Shown here: piece after piece, positions 12,911 to 23,618 of the stretch | Layout of the letters: each line of letters opens with the position of its first letter | How positions within the stretch are numbered: the stretch's first letter is position 1 | The notes under the pieces: generated by a model | The model's database searches: none | What the model saw: only the letters and a program-made list of their open reading frames with translations | What the model was told of the DNA's origin: nothing | Assembly (NCBI GenBank): GCA_021613535.1 | Contig: CP075494.1 | Span: forward strand, 6,944,001-7,008,000 | Direction: 5' to 3' | Source of the DNA: Adineta vaga | Taxonomy: Eukaryota; Animalia; Rotifera | DNA length: 64,000 nt | Translations under genes and position numbers: made by a program

Positions 12911-13688
12911 ATGATCTCGTCAATAAACTAGAATTTCTTGAAAAGTCAATCAGAGAATGATATTTGCCGTTTCTTTGATGATCAGAAGAAGATGTTAGAT
13001 AATGCGAAGAAACAAAGACTCGTCGAAATTAACAGCTGGGAGAAAGAAACCATTCGACAAATTCAAAAATATACTTCTAAACAAAGTAGCCTACTCCAAA
13101 ATGAGTATGATTCTCAGTTACATATTTGGAAAAGTAGACGTCAAGCATTTCATAAGATATTAGATGTTCATGAGCAGAATCGAAATATCAGTCAAATTTC
13201 TGAATTGCTTAATCAATGTCGCTCTTTGAAATTTGAATTAAGTGCAATTGGCTATTCGGATCAAAATATTCCATTTATTCTGTTGAGATATAACAATGCA
13301 GCCACGAATGTAAATCAAAATGAAACTAGTTCATATCGAAACGAAGTTGCTCGATCACAAACTGAACATAGATATGAGAATAACGCTAAGAATTACACAG
13401 GATCAACGTTTGCCAATGTTCAACAAACAAAGTAATTGCTTACATTATGACACCTGTTGATCATTGACAAGATCTGTTGTCATTCTTTTTTCTAGTCTTC
13501 TCACAAGAACAACAACCAATGAAAATATAGATGGCTATTGCGACAGTAGATGCGATAATACGTACTGTGATGTTAACGATAATGATGAAAGTATGGACAA
13601 ATGTCCAACATGCTATATGATATATCCGTTACATATGACAAAAACGCAACGTCTCGAACATTTTACTGAACATTTCAATAACACTTAG
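12911..13688 (+). CDS. Coiled-coil + UBZ-type CCHH zinc-finger protein, copy A (in-frame TAG at codon 7 of the ATG-initiated frame)
   Basis: Two exons joined by a phase-2 intron (about 13432-13495); C-terminus MDKCPTCYMIYPLHMTKTQRLEHFTEHF; ATG ATC TCG TCA ATA AAC TAG precedes the long frame. Confidence 0.7.
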
Positions 13689-14051
13689 AATGCCAACAAT
13701 ACTCATTCATTTCAAAATATAACAATATTTGAAAAGAAAAAAGCTATTGTCCAAATCTTGTTTTTCCGCTGTTAAAATCATATTTTATTGTATACATCTT
13801 TTGTTAATAGAAAAGCTCTTCTTGCTACATATTCGTCATTGATAATGCTTACAATAAATAATGTCATTTTTATTACAAAATATACGGTTATTTTTAGATA
13901 TAAACTAGTTCTATCTTTGGATAGTTGTCATATGACATTATTTATTACATTAGTCTGCGACAATACAGCCATCAGGATTGTTCATTTTAGTTTGCAGATG
14001 TGTCTTTCATATATTTTAGATTTCATCGAAGTTTTTGTTTGTTTATTTGGA

Positions 14052-14797
14052 ATGGCAGGACTCTCAGTTTTTGGCTTTACGTTTTGGAGAAGTGCAGCAG
14101 AAAACGATCTTCGTGATTTATTTGAAAATTATAAATCTACATTAGATGATCAAAAACTTAAAACATCTAATCGTATAAGAAGATGGGCAGACGAACTTAT
14201 TCAAGATATCGAGAAACATGTATATAAACAACAATGTATTCTCGAAAGAGAATATGAGTCACAATTGTATTGTTTAGAAGAGAAACAAGATGATTTTGTT
14301 AATGCAATACGTACATGTGAGAAGGTCAATAATAACGAATCAGTTCAATCTTTACTTGAGATATGTCGTTCATTAACGTTTGAACTAAGTCATCTTGAAT
14401 ATCATCACCAATCTATCGAATTTATTAAACTCACTTCAAAAGAATCAGCGGATATAAATCAAAATCGTAATGATCCAGAAGAACTTCAAATTAGAAGTTC
14501 AAGAAAGAATCTTACAGAAGAGAACGATTATCAAATAAGAGATAGTTCGAGTGAATCTTCAGATGCATCTTTCAATATAACAACTACACAAATTTCGTAA
14601 TCTATTATACGAATCCATTTGCTCTTTATGAGAATTTTCTTTTGCTTCTTTATAGCCCTCAACGATTAACCAATTACAATAATCTAGCGGATGGTAGTAT
14701 ACCAGAAAAATGTCCTGCATGCTTCATGCTATTTCCATCAACTATGACTGTACATGAAGTAACAGAACATGTTCACGAACATTATTCGGATGATTAA
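14052..14797 (+). CDS. Coiled-coil + UBZ-type CCHH zinc-finger protein, copy B
   Basis: MAGLSVFG...ENDLRDLF...; phase-2 intron (about 14597-14655); C-terminus PEKCPACFMLFPSTMTVHEVTEHVHEHYSDD. Confidence 0.8.
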
Positions 14798-15509
14798 GAA
14801 TACAATTTCAAAGAAAATTTGATTGTCTAATAAATAAAGTTTCAATCGTTTTAAAATTAACTCTGAAAGCTTTCGTATTATATAGCATGCACTGTTTTAT
14901 AAAAGCATTAAAAAGAACTTGAATATATCGAAAGAAATTAGTAAGTATTTACATTCTTTTATGATGTAATATTTATTTAGACCTTGGTCTGTGGAAATAT
15001 TTTCGATTGATTTTCGTTTTAACAGAAGACCTTCTTTTCTCTAAATGAGTATTTTAAGGAGAAAGAAATTATTCATCTTAGAGCGTAAAGGCCGAATAAA
15101 ACACAAACAAATCACGATTCATATTTCATTCAATATACATTCAAAATCATTTCTTCTAAATCGATAATAGTATTTGATCATCGTACCTAGATTTCTAGAC
15201 GGGCATTTCGCAGCATAAAACCTACTGTCGATGAAAATAGTCATTATTGTTCTTTAAAGTGTTCGCTTGTCGATATGTTATTTGATTCATGCGATTTTCA
15301 ATCGATTCATGGCCATTTTTTTCTTCTTTCTCTTCTTCTTCCAAATCAAAAGCAATAGAAGTGAGTCAAGGTAAGAGTTATGATAGAAAAAAAATATTTA
15401 CTCTCCCCTCCCCGCGAAAATATGCATTTAGACTTTTTCTTTTTCTTTCCTTGTTTCTTTTCTATCAGAATATATTTAGCAGAATTGATTTCAGATCTTG
15501 AGATCGATC

Positions 15510-16221
15510 ATGGCCTTTTGCTCTGTCTATGAACAAACATCTGAATTATCACAATCAGAAATCGAGATTCGTCATTTTTTCAAACATTTAATAACAACAT
15601 TATGTCAGCAAAAATGGAAGATTATCGATCAAATAAGTGAATGGAGTAAAACATTGATTCGTCAAATACAAGATCATGTCAATGATCAACGAACTCATCT
15701 TGAACAAGTCTATGAACATAAAGTATCCTATCTCGATTCAATACGTGATCAATTTCTTAGTCGAGCTCTGATCTTCGAACAACATAATGATACAGAACAA
15801 ATGCAACAATTGATCAATCAATGTAATACTCTCAAATCTGATATAGCCTTACTAGTTTATATTGAAAGACCGATTACATCAATACAACTATTGACAGAAG
15901 AGCATCTATTACAATCATATCAACAGCCATGTATCGAACGAAGAACTGTTGATGAAGAATGCCAAACAGAAAATACGGACTTCAATTCGAAGTTAATCAA
16001 TACAATATCAGTAACGTAAGTTTCTCTCTTGATTCATTACATACAAGATGCTGTATGACTTTCTGCTTAGACAATCGCCACCAGTAACACAATCGGAAAG
16101 TAGCAGGACAATCCATGAAATTTTAATGGAAAAATGTCCTCTATGTTATATGATCTTTCCAAATAAGATGAATGCTGATGATCGAAATCTTCATATTAAT
16201 GAACATTATAGAGATGATTGA
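15510..16221 (+). CDS. Coiled-coil + UBZ-type CCHH zinc-finger protein, copy C
   Basis: MAFCSVYE...EIEIRHFF...; phase-2 intron 16016-16070; C-terminus MEKCPLCYMIFPNKMNADDRNLHINEHYRDD. Confidence 0.8.
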
Positions 16222-16535
16222 AATCTAGAAAGTATTCGTTAATAAATTTCATTTTGAAAGTAATAAGTGCTATTCACCATGATACTGTGTGCGTGCGTGT
16301 GTCAAAGAAGCTTATAGACCATGTGGATCAAATAAATACTCTGGTTAAGAAATAGTCGAATTCTGTTCTTTTTATGTGATATTTGCTCATAAATGATTTG
16401 ATTTTTTTTCTCATTCGTTGTTGTTGTCCTTTTCCCTCGAAGGTGTATGATTACATCGAATGAAAAAATATATTTATGAAGAAAAGAACAGAAGCATGTA
16501 ACGATAAAACGTAACATTTCAGATGGTTTTTGACA

Positions 16536-17135
16536 ATGTCAACTTGTCGATTATTTCATTCAGCGACAGAATTTCGTGATTTATTTGAACGTCACTCAAA
16601 GACATTACTGGATCAAAAATTGATGATGATTAATGAAATCGATGAATGGGGAAATAATCTCGTTCATCAAGTCGAACAAAATCTCACAAGACAAAAGAAA
16701 CTTGTTGAACATGAATATCAGTTACAATTAAATCATCTTCGTCAAAAACATCAAGAATATCTTGATACAGCATTCGTTTATGAAGAACAAAAAAATCGAG
16801 AAGAAATCCGTCTTTTACTTGAACAATGTCATACATTAAAACTACAATTAGGTTCATTTGATTATCCTGAACAGACGATTCCTTTTATTCAAATCCATCA
16901 AGAACAACAATCATTAAAAACTCATGCATCTAACGAACATTTAACGATTAATGAGGATTTGAGAAGAAATGATTATCAGAATCTACATACAAAAACATCT
17001 CCACCATCGACTAATCCAACATGTATGAATGATAATATGACTGAAAAGTGTCCAGCGTGTTCTATGATTTTTCCATTGTGTATGGGAGCAGACGAACGAT
17101 CACGACATGTAAATCAACATTTTGGAGACAGTTGA
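16536..17135 (+). CDS. Coiled-coil + UBZ-type CCHH zinc-finger protein, copy D (no CDS intron)
   Basis: Single ORF MSTCRLFHSATEFRDLF...TEKCPACSMIFPLCMGADERSRHVNQHFGDS. Confidence 0.82.
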   Translation: MSTCRLFHSATEFRDLFERHSKTLLDQKLMMINEIDEWGNNLVHQVEQNLTRQKKLVEHEYQLQLNHLRQKHQEYLDTAFVYEEQKNREEIRLLLEQCHTLKLQLGSFDYPEQTIPFIQIHQEQQSLKTHASNEHLTINEDLRRNDYQNLHTKTSPPSTNPTCMNDNMTEKCPACSMIFPLCMGADERSRHVNQHFGDS

Positions 17136-17662
17136 AAAACTAATACAAGGTCATTTCAATTCAAACACTTCGTTATTTAAATAGTTTTGTTATTCTTATA
17201 TTGCTATTAATATATTTCGTATGTTGTTCGTTCTACAAAGATGGTTCCATTCGTTTACAGGAATCATGTGAAATGTAATACGTCTTGAAGATAATAAACT
17301 ATGGGAAATATTAGTGAATGATTAAGACTTGTACATTTTTTGAGAAAAGATTTATAGAGAATATTTCTTATTTTCATCCCAACACAATGAAAGTTGATTG
17401 AACCACTATAATGCAAGAACGATTGTTTACCATTAGATAGAAGTGAGGAAAAGGTTTTTTCCTGCGTATATTTCTTTCTTTTCGACGTTTAATGCTACCT
17501 GAATATTACTGCGGTGTTTTTTTTCTTTTTTCATTCTTCAACAACAAGTTTTTTTTTAAACTACAAATATAGAGAATCGTAAGCATGTTTCTTTTTTATT
17601 TCGTCTTTCACAATATATATATATATATATTATTTTTACAAAAATTTCAGATTTTTTCTATC

Positions 17663-18404
17663 ATGAATTATTCAGTTCATGCCTCTCGACCATTATATAT
17701 TTCTAGAGGATCAACAGATCAAATTTACTCGATATTTACACAGCACGGTTATGAATTGTCAAATATAAGAAGAAGAATCGAACAGGAGATTGATGATTGG
17801 CGTATTGATTTTATACAACGAATAGACAATCATGTAACTGCACAAAAACAACTTGTACATAAAGCTTATGAAAATCAATGGAAATCTTTGTGTAATATGC
17901 GTGAACACTTTGTGGCAAGTTGTATTTATGAAGTGAAAGATGACATTACCGAAACTAGGCGACTACTGGATAAATGTAGAAATTTAAGTTTGAACTTAGC
18001 CAATTTGGAATATCCATCTCGCGAGAACTTATATATTGATGTTATACCAATAGAACCGAAAGAAGAAATCTACCATGAACAAGTAGATGTAAATAGGAAT
18101 AAAAGCAATGAATTAGGATCGAAAACAATGCCAATGGACGTGACTTCAGAATTACTAACTCCGTACTCGAAAGAATCGAAGTTTGTTTTCTTTTTTCATA
18201 ACGTCATCTTTGTCTATTCTTTGTTTTTTTTATAGTCTTTCATCAAATGCTCAGGCTACAACAACTTTCAACCGAACATATGATGCTAGTACAGGAGGCA
18301 CAAAACTTTACTCTGCAGAAGACAAGTGTCCACTATGTTTTATGATATTTCCACCGTATATGTCAGACAGTGAACGACAATTGCATGCACAAGAACACGT
18401 TTAA
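17663..18404 (+). CDS. Coiled-coil + UBZ-type CCHH zinc-finger protein, copy E
   Basis: MNYSVHASR...EIDDWRIDFIQRIDNH...; phase-2 intron 18181-18235; C-terminus EDKCPLCFMIFPPYMSDSERQLHAQEHV. Confidence 0.8.
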
Positions 18405-19022
18405 AATTTTTCACTCCAGTAGATTCTAAAGCTAGAACATAAACGTTGATTTATTGTATGATGAGATAGATAATCCTGACTTTCTGTTCTCGATCAATAT
18501 TAGAGATGGAAAGAATATTGATTTACACTCTTTCGTAATTATTTTTTATAAATAAAAACATAAAACACAAGTAAAATCTTTCTTTCAGATAATATATTTT
18601 TCATGCAGAAATTGGTATTGATTCTATTGCACTCTTCTTATCATTGGACTACGTTTGAAGTAAACATTTTACCGACATTTATTCGTATTGATATGGTATT
18701 CAAAAGAAAATGTAACAAAAAATAGCATGAAACAAGTTTTTGCGTTCTTATACATTTCAGAAATAATATATAACGACTTAGTCATCGTTGTCGTAAGGTT
18801 TCAGATGTATTGATGAAAGAAAGAAAAAAATCATTTCACGCACATTCATTCGCTTTCCTATGAATTATTTACCTCCCAGAATGTCATTTCTAAGATTTGA
18901 TTTTTAGCCAGAGTAAGATTTATTTTCTTTTTCTAGCCGATAAAAAATAAGCAAACATTCTAGCATATTAGAATAGAGCATTGTTTTAGATTATATTCAA
19001 CTATTTCTGTGGATATTACAGG

Positions 19023-19769
19023 ATGAAGACGGCAATAGATGAAATTAAAAAAATATGTAAAAGTCGCGTCGACGAATTGTCAAATGAAAAAAAGCAAAAA
19101 CTTAAAACAATTGAAATATGGGGTCGCGATCTCAAAGATAAAATCCACCGGCACATGGATGAAGAGGCAAAACGTCTTGAACAAGAGTTCACAAGTCAAA
19201 AAACGTCACTCGAAACAGTTGGAACTGAATTTATTCAAAGAATTAAAAATGTAGAAGAAAAGCAACCTAGAGAACACTTTGATGGTTTAATTGCAGAATA
19301 TAAGAAAATACAATTTAAACTAAACGATCTTGATATCATCAAACGTAAAATCGATTCTATTACTGTTATTTTGACAAATAAACAAAGGATGGAAGAAGAT
19401 CCAAATGTTAATAAATCTCCTCGAAACACATCAGCAAAAAATGAACAACGAACGGCTATCATAGACAATAATCATGTCAACGGAAATTCAGTATCGACAA
19501 TAGATAAACCATCAGGGTTAGTTTTAGAATATACATATTGAAGAAATTTATAATTGTAATTATGTTTTATTTCAAGTCGACGCTCTTCAACGACTCAAAC
19601 TTCACCAGAATCCGACCGTTCAACTCGAATCGATAATAATACCAAATCGAATAGTAATTATGACAATGATATGCTGGATAGATGTCCGATTTGTTATATG
19701 ATCTTTCCAACAAATATGAACAGAAATGATCGAGATCAACATGCTAATGAACATTATGCTGATGATTGA
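19023..19769 (+). CDS. Coiled-coil + UBZ-type CCHH zinc-finger protein, copy F
   Basis: MKTAIDEIK...IEIWGRDLKDKIHRH...; phase-2 intron (about 19517-19576); C-terminus LDRCPICYMIFPTNMNRNDRDQHANEHYADD. Confidence 0.8.
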
Positions 19770-20142
19770 ATGATTTAAATTTAACGAAATAGTCCTTTGT
19801 TTCTTGTTTATACATATTTACTTTTGAACATGCTCGCATCTCATAATAGAAAAATATCAAAGATAATATATTAAAAATGAAGTCTTTTCTTTTAATTTAA
19901 GTAGAATGACAAGTTCGTTTTCGACGAAATTGATATTGATAGGAGATTATTGGTTGAAGGACTGAAGGTTCGTATTGACGAATCATAAGTTGCCATCACA
20001 CAATTCTTCTCTGTGACAACAGTAATTAATACTGAATTTTTATAATTAAAAAAGATATGTTAAGTTGAATAAATAATAATAATATTTTTCTTATTTATGA
20101 ACAAAAAAAATTTATTCTTTTATAAAACGACATCTAATGAAT

Positions 20143-20157
20143 AGAATTTTCTCGAAA
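20143..20157. promoter_or_regulatory. Three-unit heat shock element (nGAAnnTTCnnGAAn) upstream of the FKBP gene
   Basis: aGAAttTTCtcGAAa lies 85-100 nt upstream of the ATG of an Hsp90 co-chaperone gene. Confidence 0.55.
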
Positions 20158-20241
20158 GAAATGCACCTAAGTAAGTAATTCATTCATTCACTTTACTTCC
20201 TTCTCTTGCATTCATCTAGCTTAACCACTGCTACACAAATC

Positions 20242-22181
20242 ATGACATCAACAGAAACCAACGAGCAAATCACATTGAAAGGCGAAGATATTTCTCCTGA
20301 AAAAGATGGAGGTATATTTTTTTTCTAAATTATCTTGATCTTTTTCATAATAGTTTCTTTTCTATTAAAGGTGTTCTCAAAGAAATTATTAAAGAAGGTC
20401 ATGGTGATGAATGTGCATCAGCGAATGACAGAGTTACTGTGCATTATGTTGGTACATTACTTGATGGCACGAAATTCGATAGTAGTCGAGATCGTAATGA
20501 TAAATTTCAATTTAATCTTGGTAAGGGTGAAGTTATTAAAGCATGGGATATTGGTGTAGCAACAATGAAACGTGGAGAAATATGTCGATTGACATGTAAA
20601 CCAGAATATGCTTATGGTGAAAAAGGTTCTGGTGACAAAATTGGACCAAATGCTACATTAATTTTTGAAGTAGAACTTTTCGATTTTGTTGGTAAAGTTC
20701 CTTGTTATCTGTAAAGAATGAAATGATAATTTTTGTTTTTCTTCTTTTTTTTCTTCTAGGTGAAGATCTAAGTGATGATAAAGATCAAAGTATCATTCGA
20801 CGTACATTACGAAAAGGTGAAGGATGGGCTAAACCTAACGAGGATGCCAGTGTTGAAGTTATGCTCAAGGGCACTCATGATAATAAAGTATTCGATGAAC
20901 GAACTGTATCTTTTACTATCGGTGAGGGTTTTATTCATAACATTCCAGAAGGGTACGTAGTTGATTAATTAATCCATGTTTATTTTTCAACGAAATCTTT
21001 GCTTTGTTTTTCTTGTCTAGTGTTGAACATGCTCTAACTAAAATGACTAAAAATGAACTTGCTCGATTAACATTAAAATCTAAAGCAACAACTGGAGTAG
21101 AAAAATTTAACATTCCAAAGAATTCTACAGTTCAATATGATGTTACATTACTTAATTTTGAAAAAGTGCGTAATTTTAAAATAAAGGAAATTCTTAGAAA
21201 TTGTCTCTTCGGTTTTTCTTTGTTAGGCAAAAGATTCATGGCAATTGAGTGATGCAGAAAAACTTGAACAATGTGACGTTTTAAAGAAACGTGCTGCTGA
21301 ATTATTTAAAGTAAGAATCAAATAATTGGACTCATTTTTTGAATTCAAATTAAAAAAAAGTAGTTGTCTCTTGCATCGAATAATAACAGTAGTAGACGGT
21401 AAAATTGTATGTTTCTAATTAGGATTTCAGGTTTAGTGAACTTTTAAAATATCAATGAATCATTTCACCTGTGTCAAGAGGAGAGAATCGGATATAAGAA
21501 GAAAAACGACGGAAATGAAAAGTATTACATGAATTCACTCAGTTCTACTAGAGTGTAAATAGTTCCTTAATGCATTCAAACTTCTCTGCTGCATGAGGGA
21601 AGAAAAAGCGAAAGGAAATATGTTTTCCTATCTTAATTGATGCATTCATTTTCTTGCGCATATTTTAGGATGGTCATTATCGAGCTGCTATCAAAAAGTA
21701 CAGTACTATTGCTAGTTATTTGGAAGCTCCAAACTACTCTGAAGAAGAAGATAAAAAGAAAGCAGCAGATTTTAAATTAACTGCTCAATCAAACATTGCA
21801 TTATGTCATTTAAAATTAAATGAACATGCTGAATGTCTTCGTGCATGTGAAAAAGCTTTAGAATTAGATGCAAAGAATGAAAAATGTCTCTTTCGTCGTG
21901 GTCAATCACATTTAGCTATGTCAAACTATGAAGATGCATTGAAAGATTTTCAAGAAGTATTAAAACTTAATTCATCGAATAGTGCAGCAAAACAATCGAT
22001 TCAAACATGTCGAGATCAAATGAAAGCTTATCAACAGAAAGAAAAACAATTGTATGCCAATATCTTTGCTAAAATGGCTAAATCAAGTGAAAAAACTGAT
22101 GAACAAGCTTCAAATGGTGAATCAAAGACAAATGAAGAAAATAATAACAATAACGAAGAAACACCAACGACGACAAACTAA
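20242..22181 (+). CDS. FKBP4: FKBP52/51-type peptidyl-prolyl isomerase (two FKBP domains + TPR)
   Basis: [19 protein letters not shown]...[16 protein letters not shown]; second FKBP domain; TPR with KCLFRRG; [11 protein letters not shown] motif. Confidence 0.93.
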
Positions 22182-22328
22182 ATGATCCATTCCAAACTAG
22201 CTAAAGAACAGTCAACTAACTATTTATTGTCAGTGTATGATCGTGATATAAAACGTTATAGTTTCTTTTTTGTTTTTATTTATCATCTTTTGCTAAAAAA
22301 ATACGATCAAATAAAAAAGTACAAGTAA

Positions 22329-23618
22329 CTAGGCTGAAAGACCACTCAAAACAGCGGCAAGTATTCGAACAAACATACCAATACCAAGAAAAATGTAATT
22401 ATTTCTTCCTTGAATTTCTCGAAATAAAAATAAGGACCATAATGATGTGACAATACCCGGTAGGACATTAACAATTGGATAAGCAACTGCACTAGTTAAT
22501 GCACTAATAGCAACAATGAATCCAATATTTGCCACACCCCACATCGCTCCACTCAGAAGAGCTGGTAATACAACGGATGGATTCATGATTGGTTTATTAC
22601 GTTTTAATATTGCATAGATAACAAAATAAAATAGAGATGAAAGAAGTATACCTGAATACTGTGAATTGATATAATAGAGACCACTAAGTGGTGGTAGTTC
22701 ACCAAGATGTAAATAGTCTTTTCTATGATCACGAATGTATTGATCGGGAATGAACATTACTCCATAGAAAATACCAGCTAATGCTGCTAGAGCATAACCA
22801 AGTATTTTTTGTACTCGATCACTGAGTCTATTTAGAAATGGAAAATCAGCATCTACACCTGGTATATTATTGTCTGTATTCTCTCCGATTTTTCCTAGAT
22901 GAATGGATGATTGATCATCAACTGCAGCGATATAAGAAGCTTCTTTCGGTACAGTTGCTGCTGTTGTTGTCGTAGATTTGATGAAAAGAAAAAATATAGC
23001 ACTCATTGCTGCTAAGAGAACTGATGCATAATTCAATGCTAATTTTGTATTAGTATTTGGTATTTGTGCTGTAATATCAAATAATCCGAAACGACCGCCT
23101 GCCCAGCCCATTATCAAACCTGTTGTTCCCCAAATCAACAAACCAACAGCAAGACCACATGTTTTTATACAAAATACAGTGAACAGATTTCCTGTTGTCC
23201 ATAATAAACCTGAAAACATTCATAGTAACACGAAAAGATATTTTCTTGATAAAAAAAGTTTTCTCTTACCACCAATGAGTACAAGAGGGTAAAAGCGCTG
23301 GTTGTGAAGAATTAAATCAAGTATTAGACCAACAAGCCATACTCCAACACAATATATAAATTGAAAGAAAAATCCGTCACCAACAGAAAACTGTTTTATT
23401 GGTAATAAATTCGAACCGAAAAAGACTGATGCGACAATACATCCAAGAAAACCTGCCCATTTTGGCATCCGCTCTTCGGATGCTTTTGTAACAGGATTTG
23501 TTTTTGAAGATTCGATTGTATTTGTTTCATTTCTAATGATATTATCTGAGACCACACTTACCACTGACGATAGGATCAATCCTATGACCAATAGTAAAGA
23601 AATTCGTGAAAATAACAT
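22329..23618 (-). CDS. TMEM144: Transmembrane protein 144 (DMT-type transporter family)
   Basis: FFGSNLLPIKQFSVGDGFFFQ; GLAVGLLIWG...GWAGGRFGLF; AVAYPI...PG...SLWSLFLFREIQG; 2 exons. Confidence 0.9.

Noticed and set aside
13788-14051. Hydrophobic 88-aa N-terminal extension on UBZ copy B
   Set aside because: Non-ATG start, AT-rich intergenic-like composition and absent from the paralogs; ATG 14052 aligns with the other copies.
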